A stretch of DNA of 63,887 nucleotides, filler included, from 6 parts of 6 records of this genome joined end to end with filler, not necessarily neighbours in it; one strand, 5' to 3'; numbered from the whole stretch's first letter, positions 31,468-42,447 are shown. A program made the numbers and translations. The notes: generated by a model from the sequence alone, not told the origin.

Positions 31468-31945
31468 CGCTATTCTCTTTTAAATAATTGATCATTGTTT
31501 TTGGATCACTAACATCAAACTTTCCATTTTCATCTTTAAATAACTTTATAATTTTTCCATCATGAACATACATAGAGTATCTAAATGACCTACGGCCCAT
31601 TCCTGAGGCACTTCTATCTGTCATCATACCCATATCTTTTGTAAATGTACCATTACCATCCGGAATAAATTTTACATTTTTTACTTTTGAAATTTCTTTC
31701 CACTGTTGAACTACGTAAGGATCATTCATGCTGATACAGTAGACCTCATCAATACCTAATTTTTTTAAATTATCATATTCATCTTCATATGCAGGAACAT
31801 GATAATTTGAACAAGTTGGAGTGAAGGCTCCTGGTAAGGCAAAAGCTACAACTTTTTTTCCTTTAAAAAATTCAGTTATATCCTTTTCTACAAATTTTTG
31901 ATCTTCACGAATTACTACTTTTGAATTTGGAATATTATTAATCAT
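31460..31945 (-). CDS. Peroxiredoxin (Prx5 type)
   Basis: LPGAFTPTCS, SMND, DGNG.FT, RSFRYSM; start probably ATG 31945. Confidence 0.93.
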   Translation of the reverse strand: MINNIPNSKVVIREDQKFVEKDITEFFKGKKVVAFALPGAFTPTCSNYHVPAYEDEYDNLKKLGIDEVYCISMNDPYVVQQWKEISKVKNVKFIPDGNGTFTKDMGMMTDRSASGMGRRSFRYSMYVHDGKIIKLFKDENGKFDVSDPKTMINYLKENSVG

Positions 31946-32828
31946 TCTTTTTAGCATGTTTAATATTAAATTGTCTCATTGCAAATCTTTTTTTTTGATC
32001 CTCTGTTAATTTATCAAAACATTTTGGACAACTTATCCCTTCTATAAAATGTTTTGAATCCTTATCTTTTTTACTAATTGGCATTCTGCATGCATGGCAA
32101 GTTGAATATGAACCCTGAATAGATTGATGTTTCACTGAAACTCTTTGATCAAAAACATAACATTCTCCATTCCATTGAGAATTTTTTTCTTTAATATTAT
32201 TTAAATAATTCAATATTCCACCTTCCAATTGATAAACTTCATCCATACCTATACTTTTTAAATGATCAGCAGCTTTTTCGCACCTAATTCCACCTGTACA
32301 AAATATAGCAAATTTTTTATTATTTTTTCTAAGAAAATCTTTAGAAAAATAATTCTTAAACTCTCTAAAGTTATTTATATTTGGATTTATCGCTTTATTG
32401 AAAGTTCCCATTTCATACTCAAAAGGTTTTCTAATATCAATTACCATAACATCTTCTTTGGAAATAAATTCATCCCACTGTTCCGGACTTAAATGTTTTC
32501 CTTCACGACTTTGCGTATTAATTTCTATGGGTACAACTTCTTTTTTTATTTTTACTTTTGGTTTATTAAATGGAATAAAACTAGTTCTTGAAGTATTGAT
32601 AACATCAAAGTTTTCTATTTTTAGTTTTTTAAATACGAAATTAGAAAAACTCTTAAAGAATCCATTAGATCCTGCAATAGTACCATTGATGCCTTCCGGT
32701 GAAAGAATAATGGTTCCTTTTATTGAGTGATCTATTAAATTTTTTTTAAACTGTATTCTTAAGTCTTCTATCGTTTCAATAGGACAGAATTTATAAAAAC
32801 TAATTATATCGTATTCTTTTTTTTGCAT
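31938..32828 (-). CDS. trhO: Oxygen-dependent tRNA uridine(34) hydroxylase TrhO (rhodanese domain)
   Basis: FYKF, GTIILSPEGINGT, KKEVV, FCTGGIRCEKA, QLEGGILNY, GECYVFDQR, CHAC. Confidence 0.9.
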   Translation of the reverse strand: MQKKEYDIISFYKFCPIETIEDLRIQFKKNLIDHSIKGTIILSPEGINGTIAGSNGFFKSFSNFVFKKLKIENFDVINTSRTSFIPFNKPKVKIKKEVVPIEINTQSREGKHLSPEQWDEFISKEDVMVIDIRKPFEYEMGTFNKAINPNINNFREFKNYFSKDFLRKNNKKFAIFCTGGIRCEKAADHLKSIGMDEVYQLEGGILNYLNNIKEKNSQWNGECYVFDQRVSVKHQSIQGSYSTCHACRMPISKKDKDSKHFIEGISCPKCFDKLTEDQKKRFAMRQFNIKHAKKND

Positions 32829-33457
32829 AACATCATTCCATCGCCTATAGAAATTAATGAAATTTCAAAATAATTATCATTTTTAACGTAAGTATTAAAT
32901 TCTTTAATTTTTAAAACTTTTGGATCTTCAAGGTCATCACACACTTTGCCTTTCCACAAAACATTATCAAAAATTAAGATGCCATTTTTGGTAACTAAAC
33001 TTTTACACTTTTCATAATACTGGATATTATTAGTTTTATCAGCGTCGATAAAAATTAAATCAAAACTTCCTTTTTCTAATTTATCCATTTCATCATGCGC
33101 AATACCATTGATAAAGCTAATTTTTTGAATAACCTTTGCTTTCTTCCAATAATCTTTTGCTGTTTCAATAAACCTATCATCACGATCAATTGTTTTAACT
33201 TTCCCTATAGTAGAAAGGGCCATTCCTAATGTGCTGTATCCAAGATACGTGCCCAGTTCCAAAATATTCGTATAATTACCAATTTTTATTATTAATTTTA
33301 AAAATTCTGATTGATCGGGTGATATTTGCAAATGTGCTGAATTAGCATGTTTTTTTAAAGTATATTCTCTTAATTCTTTTTCAACATCAGTTTCATTTAC
33401 ACCAAATTCATTAATATACTTCTCAAGGTTTTCATTGAGCAAAAAACTTCCAGACAT
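32804..33457 (-). CDS. Class I SAM-dependent O-methyltransferase (CCoAOMT/TrmR-like family)
   Basis: QISPDQ, LELGTYLGYS, FDLIFIDADK, FDNVLWKG, IGDG. Confidence 0.9.
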   Translation of the reverse strand: MSGSFLLNENLEKYINEFGVNETDVEKELREYTLKKHANSAHLQISPDQSEFLKLIIKIGNYTNILELGTYLGYSTLGMALSTIGKVKTIDRDDRFIETAKDYWKKAKVIQKISFINGIAHDEMDKLEKGSFDLIFIDADKTNNIQYYEKCKSLVTKNGILIFDNVLWKGKVCDDLEDPKVLKIKEFNTYVKNDNYFEISLISIGDGMMLCKKKNTI

Positions 33458-33463
33458 TTTAAA

Positions 33464-34660
33464 TTATTTTAATTTATCTTTTAATATATCGTTAATCATC
33501 TGCGGGTTACCTTTACCCTTCATTTCTTTCATAACTTGACCAACAAAAAATCCAAACAACTTATCTTTACCTGATCTATATTGTTCAACCTTATCCTGGT
33601 TTGCTGCTATGACTTTATCAATAACATTTTCAATTTCTTTAGGATCAGAAGTTTGTTTTAAACCTTTATCCTCAACAATTTTTGATGGATCCTCATCATT
33701 TTTTATCATTTCTTCAAAAACTGTTTTTGCAATTTTTCCTGAAATTGTTCCATCCTTTATTAAATTAATCATTTTAGCTAAATTTTTTGCACTTACTGGA
33801 CTTTCGGTAATCTCTTTTCCTTCTTTGTTAAGTGTTGCAAACAAATCGCCCATTAACCATGTAGCGGCTAATTTATAATCTGATGCCTTGGCTACTTCTT
33901 CATAGTAAGATGAGACCGCCTGGTCTGAAATAATTACACTTGCTTCATAGTTTGATAAATTAAATTGAGATATTAATCTTTGTTTCTTTTCATCTGGAAG
34001 TTCTGGTAAGTCTTTTTTTAAACTTTCAATATATTTATCTTCAAGATTTAAAGGTAATAAATCAGGATCAGGGAAATATCTGTAGTCATGTGCATCTTCT
34101 TTACTTCTCATTGATCTTGTTTCTTGTTTTTTTGTATCAAACAGTCTTGTTTCCTGATCAACTACCTCACCCTCTTCAATAAGCTCTAGTTGTCTTCTTG
34201 CCTCATATTCAATGGCTTGTTGCATAAATTTAATTGAGTTTACATTTTTAATCTCACATCGTGTTCCAAGCTCTTTTGAGCCTTTTATTCTAACTGAAAC
34301 ATTAACATCAGCTCTCAAAGAACCTTGCTCCATATTACCATCACAAGTATTTAAATATCTCATAATAGATCTTAACTTTTTAATATATTCTCCAACCTCA
34401 CTTGGTGATCTTAAATCTGGCTTACTAACTATTTCCATTAAAGCAATACCAGACCTATTCAAATCTACAAAAGAATGCTGCGGATCCTGATCATGCATAC
34501 TTTTACCCGCGTCTTGTTCTAGATGAAGTCTTTCAATACCAACTTGTTTTGTACCATAGGGCATGTCTAAGATTACTTTTCCTTCGCCAACAATTGGATA
34601 TTTAAATTGAGAGATTTGATAACCTTGGGGTAAATCTGCATAAAAATAATTTTTTCTATC
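33464..34660 (-). CDS. gatB: Asp/Glu-tRNA amidotransferase subunit B, 5'-truncated
   Basis: [18 protein letters not shown] at the contig edge, [34 protein letters not shown]. Confidence 0.98.
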   Translation of the reverse strand, partial: DRKNYFYADLPQGYQISQFKYPIVGEGKVILDMPYGTKQVGIERLHLEQDAGKSMHDQDPQHSFVDLNRSGIALMEIVSKPDLRSPSEVGEYIKKLRSIMRYLNTCDGNMEQGSLRADVNVSVRIKGSKELGTRCEIKNVNSIKFMQQAIEYEARRQLELIEEGEVVDQETRLFDTKKQETRSMRSKEDAHDYRYFPDPDLLPLNLEDKYIESLKKDLPELPDEKKQRLISQFNLSNYEASVIISDQAVSSYYEEVAKASDYKLAATWLMGDLFATLNKEGKEITESPVSAKNLAKMINLIKDGTISGKIAKTVFEEMIKNDEDPSKIVEDKGLKQTSDPKEIENVIDKVIAANQDKVEQYRSGKDKLFGFFVGQVMKEMKGKGNPQMINDILKDKLK

Positions 34661-34661
34661 A

Positions 34662-34761
34662 NNNNNNNNNNNNNNNNNNNNNNNNNNNNNNNNNNNNNNN
34701 NNNNNTTAATTAATTAANNNNNNNNNNNNNNNNNNNNNNNNNNNNNNNNNNNNNNNNNNNN
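34662..34761. other. Artificial contig linker
   Basis: N44-TTAATTAATTAA-N44. Confidence 0.98.
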
Positions 34762-34849
34762 GGTTAACTTCATATATCTCATTTAGAATTTTTAAAAGTT
34801 TAATTTTTTTTATTTAAAAAATTTATTTCATTAATATTTATAAAAAATA

Positions 34850-35986
34850 TTAATAGCTAAAACCCCTAGCAGACACCGGCCAAAGGTCAATTACGATATT
34901 GTCTTTTTTTACAACATACCAATCATGAAGATTACAAGTAGGATCACAGTGACCAGGTATTAAAAAAACTTTATCATTAATTTTAAGTAAATTATCTAAA
35001 TCTTCTATTACACCATGTTCATCTGAACAATTGATATACTTTAAGTCATAATTAAAAACTGTAGGTAAACCGCTGTCTAAGGACATTGATTTTAACCCTG
35101 CATCTACAACAGCTTGTTTTTTTACAGAAGTAGACATTACATTTGATAATACAAATAATGCATTTTTAAAATTAATAGTATTATTTACCTTACTGTCTTT
35201 TTTTAAAGATGAATAGTGAGCATCCATAAATGCATATGAACCTACTTGAATTTCATCATAGACATTTTCTTTAACTTCTAGGTCAAAACATCCTGTGCCA
35301 ACACCTGTTATAATTGGAGAGTAATCTTTAAATCTTGTTTTTAAAGATCTAATTTTATTACATGTCTCTTGAACATTTATCTTTCTTTGTACAAAATCTT
35401 CAATATGTTGTATGGACCCATTATAAGCTTGAAAACCTTTAAATTTAATATTTGACATTGTGTTAATTAAATCTATTAAGCTTTGTATTTCTTTGAAGGA
35501 TTCTAACCCACATCTATTAGCTCCACAGTCATATTCTATATAAACATTAATAATAGAATTATTTTCAAAAGCTGAATTTTGGATGTTAATAATATTTTCT
35601 TCATTATCTACACAACAACTTATATTGCAATTTTTTGTATCAATTTTTGTTAATCTATCAATTTTTAAAAGGTCAGTTACTTGGTTAGTAATCAATATAT
35701 CTTTAATACCATGTCTAAAAAACACTTCAGCTTCACTTACTTTTTGACAACAAATACCGTGAGCACCCCCATTATTTATTTGAAAATTTGCTACATCAAT
35801 TGATTTATGCATTTTAGCATGGGGCCTTAATTTTACTTTGTTATTTGTAATAAATTCTTTCATTTTTAAAATATTATTTTCAAATATTTTATAATCTATT
35901 ATTAAGGAAGGCGTTTGGACATCTTTAATATTCATGCCTACTTTTGCAGGTATATTATATCCAACTTCAAATTTATCTAATTTCAT
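34850..35986 (-). CDS. bhcC: 3-hydroxy-D-aspartate aldolase (DSD1/D-threonine aldolase family PLP enzyme)
   Basis: EVGYNIPA..GM..VQTP, HAKMHKS (PLP Lys), CCQKVSEAE, SDEHG, PGHCDPTCNLHDWY..WPVSARG, all characteristic of BhcC/DhaA as recalled. Confidence 0.8.
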   Translation of the reverse strand: MKLDKFEVGYNIPAKVGMNIKDVQTPSLIIDYKIFENNILKMKEFITNNKVKLRPHAKMHKSIDVANFQINNGGAHGICCQKVSEAEVFFRHGIKDILITNQVTDLLKIDRLTKIDTKNCNISCCVDNEENIINIQNSAFENNSIINVYIEYDCGANRCGLESFKEIQSLIDLINTMSNIKFKGFQAYNGSIQHIEDFVQRKINVQETCNKIRSLKTRFKDYSPIITGVGTGCFDLEVKENVYDEIQVGSYAFMDAHYSSLKKDSKVNNTINFKNALFVLSNVMSTSVKKQAVVDAGLKSMSLDSGLPTVFNYDLKYINCSDEHGVIEDLDNLLKINDKVFLIPGHCDPTCNLHDWYVVKKDNIVIDLWPVSARGFSY

Positions 35987-36084
35987 TTATCTAGTTTCTT
36001 ATTTTAAAAAATAGTACTTATTAACTTCTTTACATTTAAATTATATATTGCGATATATAAAATACAATAGATATAGGTTTGAAA

Positions 36085-36525
36085 ATGAAATTCTTGCATA
36101 CAATGATTAGAGTTACAAATATTGAAGATTCAATTGACTTTTATTGTAATAAATTAGGTCTTGTTGAAATAAGACGTAAAGATGTACCTGAAGGAAAGTT
36201 CACACTAATTTTTCTAGCAGCTCCAGAAGACGAGAACACAGCTATTGAAACAAGGTCACCTGAAATTGAATTGACTTATAATTGGGAACCAGAAACTTAT
36301 GGATCAGGTAGAAATTTTGGTCATCTTGCGTTATCAGTTAAAAATATATATGAAACTTGCCAAAAATTGATGGATAATGGTGTAATTATCAATAGACCTC
36401 CTAGAGAAGGTAGAATGGCTTTTGTAAAGTCACCTGATAATATTTCGATTGAATTGCTTCAACAGGGTGAAAACCTTGACATTATGGAGCCTTGGAAAAG
36501 CATGAAAAACACTGGAACTTGGTAA
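36085..36525 (+). CDS. gloA: Lactoylglutathione lyase / VOC family protein
   Basis: [38 protein letters not shown]. Confidence 0.88.
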   Translation: MKFLHTMIRVTNIEDSIDFYCNKLGLVEIRRKDVPEGKFTLIFLAAPEDENTAIETRSPEIELTYNWEPETYGSGRNFGHLALSVKNIYETCQKLMDNGVIINRPPREGRMAFVKSPDNISIELLQQGENLDIMEPWKSMKNTGTW

Positions 36526-36533
36526 TTTAAAAA

Positions 36534-39500
36534 TTAATTATTAAGAAGCTGTAACTCTTCAATTAAACTTAGGACAGCATTAAATTTTTCTTCTCTTGTA
36601 TTTAATGTTTTTTGCAAGAATAATTTTTGATCTGGCCTAATCTTAACTTGACCGCTCTTCTTTGTTACCCATCCTAAAAGCTTATCTGCATTATTAAAAA
36701 AGTTATTTTTAAAACCTAACAAGACTCCTTTTGGTCCTGCATCTATAAGATTAATTTTATTGTATAAACATTTGTTTTTTATCATTAAAGTCATAAGCAA
36801 ATTATTAACTTCTTCAGGTGGAGGGCCAAACCTATCAAATAATTCTTCGGTAAAAGTATTTATATCCTCAGGTGAACTTAATTCACCTGCTTTTCTATAC
36901 AGAGACATTCTAGTAGGAAGATCAAAAACATAGTCCTCAGGAATAAGTATCGATAGACCAAGAGAGATTGATGGAGACCAAACCTCTTCGATTTTTTTAC
37001 TACTATCTTTATACGAGCTAACCGCTTCTTTTAGCATGTCTTGATACAATTCAACACCAACTTCTTTAATTTGTCCTGATTGTTCATCCCCTAAAAGATT
37101 ACCTGACCCTCTAATATCCATATCATAACTGGCAAGCGAAAAACCAGCTCCTAAATTATCTAATGTTTTGATGACATCTAATCTTTGTTGAGATTTATTT
37201 AATAAAATTTTACCTGGCTCAATAGTAAAGTAAGAGTAAGCTCTATGTTTTCCACGACCTACTCTACCTCTCAATTGATATAATTGAGAAAGACCAAACA
37301 AATCTGATTTGTGTATGATCATAGTATTAGCATTAGGGATGTCTATACCAGACTCAATTATATTTGTAGAAATCAAAATATCTGATTTACCTTCAGAGAA
37401 TGAATTAATAGACTTATCTAATTCATCTATTTTCATTTGCCCATGAGCTACACTAATAACTAAATTTGGAACCATTCTATTAATTTTTTGATATAAATCG
37501 TCAATATCTCTAACTCTTGGACATACAACAAAAGTTTGTCCTCCTCTATTTTTTTCTCTTAATAAAGCATCAATTAAGACAACGTTATCCCATTCTAATA
37601 CAAAGGTTCTAACAGACAATCTATTAATAGGTGGAGTGGTAATTAAACTTAACTCTTTTAGTCCGGATAATGATAGTTGAAGAGTTCTTGGAATTGGTGT
37701 TGCTGTTAAAGTTAAAACATGTATATTTCCTTGTAGTTCTTTAATCTTTTCCTTTTGCCCTACTCCAAAATGTTGCTCTTCATCAACTATTAGTAAACCT
37801 AGATTATTAAAGTCAATGTCATTTGATAATAATGCATGTGTTCCAATAACTACGTTAATATTTCCAGATTTGAGATCATCTTTTACTTTCTTTCGATCTT
37901 TTAAACTTGTCATTCTAGAAAGTGATGCAATACTTAAAGATGACTTTTTAAATCTATCAAAAAAACTTTTAAAATGTTGCTTTACTAAAATTGTTGTTGG
38001 AGCAACTAAAGCCACTTGATAACCTGCATTTGCGACTATAAATGATGCTCTAAGAGCTACTTCTGTTTTACCAAAACCAACATCACCACATATAAGCCTA
38101 TCCATCAGCTTGCCAGTTTCAAGATCAGCAATTATATCATTAATTGCAGTTTCTTGATCATCTGTTAATTCAAAGGGGAAATTTTTAGAAAATGTATAAT
38201 ATTCATCTGGAATTAGAAGTTTTTCTGTGGATATAATTTCTCTTTGAGCAGCTACTCGAATTAATTTTTCTGCCATATCTTTAATTTTTTTTCTTACATT
38301 TGCCTTTCTGTTTTGCCAATTAGCTGCTCCTAATTTGTCTAAATCTCTTGATAAATTATTATCACCAACTCTACTTAAGAGGTTCATATTTTCTACAGGT
38401 AAATACAACTTATCTCCACCATGATATAATAATCTTAAACAATCATGATCAATACCATTAGTAACAATTTTCTCTAATCCATCATACTTTCCAATTCCAT
38501 GGTCTATATGTGCAACCAGATCACCTGTATCAATATTATTTACGTCTTTTAGAAAATTTTCAGTTTTTCTTCGCCAAGATTTTTTCTTTTTTTCAGCAGT
38601 ACCAAATATATCACGGTCAAACACAATTAAATGATCATTAATCTCAAAACTTTCTATATATGGTGAACTAGAAAAATTGAAATTATTTGTAATTTGTGTG
38701 GAAACCAATTTTTCAATTTCTATAACATTGAAATTGATGTTATGTTTCTTAAGATCATCATCAAAAAAGTTTATTAAGTTCGTTAATCTTGATTTATCTT
38801 CTGTAACTATTAAGATTTTTTTATTATTTAAATATTGGTTTATACAAAATTTAACAAACATACTTATTCTATTATTATTAAGTAAATTTGGATCATTGGG
38901 TATTAACAAAGGTTTTGAATATAAATTTATAACTTTTTTAGTTTTATTATCTAAATAATCAAATTCGTTTAATTCTATTGTTTTATAAAGTGCAAGCTTT
39001 TCATCTAATTCCTGTTTACTCAAATAGAGATCATCAACTTTAACTACGCTATTATCAGATTTCTCAAATTTTCTCTCATCTACAAAATTTTCTATCTCTT
39101 CATAACGCTTGTTAATTAAACTAAAAAAATTTTTTGCTAAAACAACAACTGATTTAGGGTCACTATAAAAAAAATCAAAGATAGAACTAAGAGGACTTTG
39201 ATGAATTAAAGGTAAAAAATGTTCAATACCTTGAAATTTAACACCCGAAGAAACCTTTTCATAAGTCTGGCTTTTTAAACTTTCTGATCCTGAAGCTAAT
39301 CTAAATTTTTGTCTAAAGTTCTTTATATTTTTTTCATCTAATAAATATTCATTAGATGGATAAACATCAATATTATTTATTAAATCACTAGATCTTTGAG
39401 TTAATGGATCCATTACCTTCATTGAATCTATTTCATCACCAATAAAATCTATCCTAAAAGCTTTTGATGAACCAACAGGAAACAAATCTAGAATACTACC

Positions 39501-39989
39501 TCTTATTCCAAACTCACCAGATTCTCTAACTGTTTCAACACGTGTATAACCTATTTTACTTAAAAAATTACTTATATACTTTAAAGAATTTATGTCGTGT
39601 TTAGTAATATTTAAAAAATTTGAGGAGTAAAAATTTCTTGGTGCTGTTTTAATTAGAAGGCCATTAACAGTTGTCAGAATTATATTTTTATTATCTATTC
39701 CTCTAAAAAAGGAAAGTTTGGTAAATGACTTAACACGTTCACTTATAATGTTAAAATTTGGTGATGAAATATCGTAAGGAAGACAATCCCAAGCAGGTAT
39801 ACTATAAACATTAACATTTTGAAAATTTTCTAAAAAGAAATTATATATATTGGATAGTTCCAAATCATTTTTAGCAATATAAAGAACGTTATTTGTTTGA
39901 ACTAATGAAGATAGTATAAATGGTATAAGACCGTCTCTGACGCCATAAAAACCATCAAGATTGTCAATATTAAAATTTTGATTAAACAT
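36534..39989 (-). CDS. mfd: Transcription-repair coupling factor
   Basis: WDCLPYD, RGSILD, CarD/RID segment HIDHGIG, CGDVGFGKTEV, DEEQHFG, TATPIPRT, QLRGRVGR, TRCF tail. Confidence 0.98.
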   Translation of the reverse strand: MFNQNFNIDNLDGFYGVRDGLIPFILSSLVQTNNVLYIAKNDLELSNIYNFFLENFQNVNVYSIPAWDCLPYDISSPNFNIISERVKSFTKLSFFRGIDNKNIILTTVNGLLIKTAPRNFYSSNFLNITKHDINSLKYISNFLSKIGYTRVETVRESGEFGIRGSILDLFPVGSSKAFRIDFIGDEIDSMKVMDPLTQRSSDLINNIDVYPSNEYLLDEKNIKNFRQKFRLASGSESLKSQTYEKVSSGVKFQGIEHFLPLIHQSPLSSIFDFFYSDPKSVVVLAKNFFSLINKRYEEIENFVDERKFEKSDNSVVKVDDLYLSKQELDEKLALYKTIELNEFDYLDNKTKKVINLYSKPLLIPNDPNLLNNNRISMFVKFCINQYLNNKKILIVTEDKSRLTNLINFFDDDLKKHNINFNVIEIEKLVSTQITNNFNFSSSPYIESFEINDHLIVFDRDIFGTAEKKKKSWRRKTENFLKDVNNIDTGDLVAHIDHGIGKYDGLEKIVTNGIDHDCLRLLYHGGDKLYLPVENMNLLSRVGDNNLSRDLDKLGAANWQNRKANVRKKIKDMAEKLIRVAAQREIISTEKLLIPDEYYTFSKNFPFELTDDQETAINDIIADLETGKLMDRLICGDVGFGKTEVALRASFIVANAGYQVALVAPTTILVKQHFKSFFDRFKKSSLSIASLSRMTSLKDRKKVKDDLKSGNINVVIGTHALLSNDIDFNNLGLLIVDEEQHFGVGQKEKIKELQGNIHVLTLTATPIPRTLQLSLSGLKELSLITTPPINRLSVRTFVLEWDNVVLIDALLREKNRGGQTFVVCPRVRDIDDLYQKINRMVPNLVISVAHGQMKIDELDKSINSFSEGKSDILISTNIIESGIDIPNANTMIIHKSDLFGLSQLYQLRGRVGRGKHRAYSYFTIEPGKILLNKSQQRLDVIKTLDNLGAGFSLASYDMDIRGSGNLLGDEQSGQIKEVGVELYQDMLKEAVSSYKDSSKKIEEVWSPSISLGLSILIPEDYVFDLPTRMSLYRKAGELSSPEDINTFTEELFDRFGPPPEEVNNLLMTLMIKNKCLYNKINLIDAGPKGVLLGFKNNFFNNADKLLGWVTKKSGQVKIRPDQKLFLQKTLNTREEKFNAVLSLIEELQLLNN

Positions 39990-40245
39990 AAAAACCTTTA
40001 TATTTTTTTATCATTTTAATAATAAATTTTTCTTGTTCAGATTTAGTTGGTTCAATATCAATAGATAAACGCCATATACGGGGGTCTCCAGAATCTAGTA
40101 ACTTTTGATATGCTAATAATTCATCATCATTCAGTTTGTTAATATAATTATCAGCAAAATCACCAAGTAAAATATCTGTCTCACGAGTGCCTGTGTATTT
40201 AGATCTGTAAATTAATTTTTTAATAAAATTACTTCTATTTTCCAA
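39982..40245 (-). CDS. sdhE: Succinate dehydrogenase assembly factor SdhE/SDHAF2
   Basis: KKLIYRSKYTGTRETDILLG; conserved position between recG and mfd; TTG start. Confidence 0.85.
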   Translation of the reverse strand: MENRSNFIKKLIYRSKYTGTRETDILLGDFADNYINKLNDDELLAYQKLLDSGDPRIWRLSIDIEPTKSEQEKFIIKMIKKYKGFYV

Positions 40246-40307
40246 TATAATCTCGTTTAATTAGTATATAGTTAACGTGAGTGCAATAAATAAAGGTTTT
40301 TTAAATC

Positions 40308-42434
40308 TTGTCTAATTTTTTAATCAAAAGACCACAAACTATTTTTAACTTATTTTCTTCAATAAGCAAATTGAATGGTGTTGGCGAAAAAAGACTTACC
40401 GTATTAAAAAACAAAATAGGCCCTTATATCATTAATATCTTATTTTATTTACCCATAAAAGCTATAGATAGATTTCAAAATACATCCTTAAGAACTATTG
40501 AACATGGTTCAATTATTACCTGTGAAGTTGAGGTTGTGGAGATAATTATACCTCCTTTTAATTTTAGAAAAAAAAATAACATATCAAGAATAATTACATT
40601 TGGATTAGACCAAGAAAAAAATATTAGATTAGATTTAATATATTTTGGTCAAAACACAAAATATTTAAGAAACATTTATAAAGTTGGAAACAAAATTGTT
40701 GTAAGTGGAAAATTCGAAAATTTTAGTGGAGTTGGTCAAATAGTTCATCCAGATTATGTAACTAATAATAATCAAAAAAACTTGATACCTAAGATTGAAA
40801 CAATATACCCATTGTTTCTTGGTTTTAATCAAAAATTTATATCAAAACTTGTTAGTGAGTGTTTAAAACAAATACCGTATTTTGATGAATGGTTATCGGA
40901 AGATACTATTAATAAACTTAATTTACCTAATTGGAAAGAATGCATAGTTAAAACCCATAATCCAAATAAAATGTCTGACACCGAATTAATTAGTAATTAT
41001 AGAAGACGTCTTGCATTAGATGAACTTATAGCTAATCAAATATCCATGTTACTTATTAAAAGTAAGATCTCAAAAGTAAAGACAATTAAAAATATTGAAA
41101 AACATGATAATATTATAGAAAAACTATACAATATACTCCCCTTTAAATTAACTAAAAATCAAAATGAAGTTGTAAATGAAATTCTTTCAGATCTTCACAG
41201 CAACAGCACTATGATTAGAATGCTTCAAGGTGATGTAGGATCAGGTAAAACGATTGTTGCACTAATAACTATGCTTAGTGCAATTTCTGATGGTTCTCAA
41301 AGCGTACTTTTAGTTCCAACTGAAATATTAGCAATTCAACATTTCAATACCATTAATGAATTTCTTAAACCATTGAATATAAATGTGTGTCTATTATTAG
41401 GCGAGTCAAAGGGTAGCTATAGTAAAAAAGAAAGATTGGCTATTATTGAAGATATCGCTATTGGATCTATAAAAATTATTGTTGGTACCCATGCTTTAAT
41501 ATCTGAAAAAGTGAATTATAAAAATCTATCATTAGCTGTTATTGATGAACAACATAGATTTGGTGTTAATCAGAGAGTTAAAATAACTGAAAAAGGAAAT
41601 AATGTTAATATTTTAGTAATGACCGCAACACCAATACCCAGGTCTTTAGCTTTAACTGCATATGGCGACATGAACATTTCAACTATTACAGAAAAACCCA
41701 AAGGTAGAAAATCTATCAAAACATATGTGTTACCTCAAAGTAAAATAGAGGATGTTTTAAAATCTATAAAAAGAGCTATAGCAAATGAAGCATTAATATA
41801 CTGGGTTTGTCCATTAATTGAAGAATCTGAGAGCACAGACTTAATAGCAGTTAATGAAAGGTTTGATTATTTAAAAAATTATTTTAAGGATTGTAATATA
41901 TCACTGGTACATGGAAAGCAGGATAAAATAGATAGAGAAAATTCTATGAATGATTTTAAAAATGGAAAAAGTAAGATTCTTGTTGCTACAACAGTAATTG
42001 AAGTCGGTGTAGACATACCTAATGCTACTATTATGGTGATTGAATGTGCTGAAAGGTTTGGGTTGGCTCAGGTTCATCAATTAAGGGGAAGAGTAGGAAG
42101 AAATGATAAAGAATCCTCATGTATTTTATTATATAAAACAGAATTAACCCCAATAGCTCATTCAAGACTTAAGATTTTGAAGGATACAAATGACGGTTTT
42201 GCAATCTCTGAACAAGATTTAATCTTAAGAGGTCCCGGAGAAGTTCTTGGAAGCAAGCAATCCGGTAATGTGGATTTTAAATTTGTTGATCTGCATGTAC
42301 ATAGTGATTTAATTGAATTGGCAAGGAAAGAAGCATCTAATTTAATAAAAAATGATAAAGAACGTTTAAAAATTAATACTTTATTATCAATTTTTGAAAA
42401 TAACGAAGCTATTAAATTATTGAAAGGTGGTTAA
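40308..42434 (+). CDS. recG: ATP-dependent DNA helicase RecG
   Basis: LQGDVGSGKT, DEQHRFGV, MTATPIPR, TTVIEVGVD, HQLRGRVGR, RGPGE. Confidence 0.98.
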   Translation: MSNFLIKRPQTIFNLFSSISKLNGVGEKRLTVLKNKIGPYIINILFYLPIKAIDRFQNTSLRTIEHGSIITCEVEVVEIIIPPFNFRKKNNISRIITFGLDQEKNIRLDLIYFGQNTKYLRNIYKVGNKIVVSGKFENFSGVGQIVHPDYVTNNNQKNLIPKIETIYPLFLGFNQKFISKLVSECLKQIPYFDEWLSEDTINKLNLPNWKECIVKTHNPNKMSDTELISNYRRRLALDELIANQISMLLIKSKISKVKTIKNIEKHDNIIEKLYNILPFKLTKNQNEVVNEILSDLHSNSTMIRMLQGDVGSGKTIVALITMLSAISDGSQSVLLVPTEILAIQHFNTINEFLKPLNINVCLLLGESKGSYSKKERLAIIEDIAIGSIKIIVGTHALISEKVNYKNLSLAVIDEQHRFGVNQRVKITEKGNNVNILVMTATPIPRSLALTAYGDMNISTITEKPKGRKSIKTYVLPQSKIEDVLKSIKRAIANEALIYWVCPLIEESESTDLIAVNERFDYLKNYFKDCNISLVHGKQDKIDRENSMNDFKNGKSKILVATTVIEVGVDIPNATIMVIECAERFGLAQVHQLRGRVGRNDKESSCILLYKTELTPIAHSRLKILKDTNDGFAISEQDLILRGPGEVLGSKQSGNVDFKFVDLHVHSDLIELARKEASNLIKNDKERLKINTLLSIFENNEAIKLLKGG

Positions 42435-42447
42435 ATGAACTGGTGAA

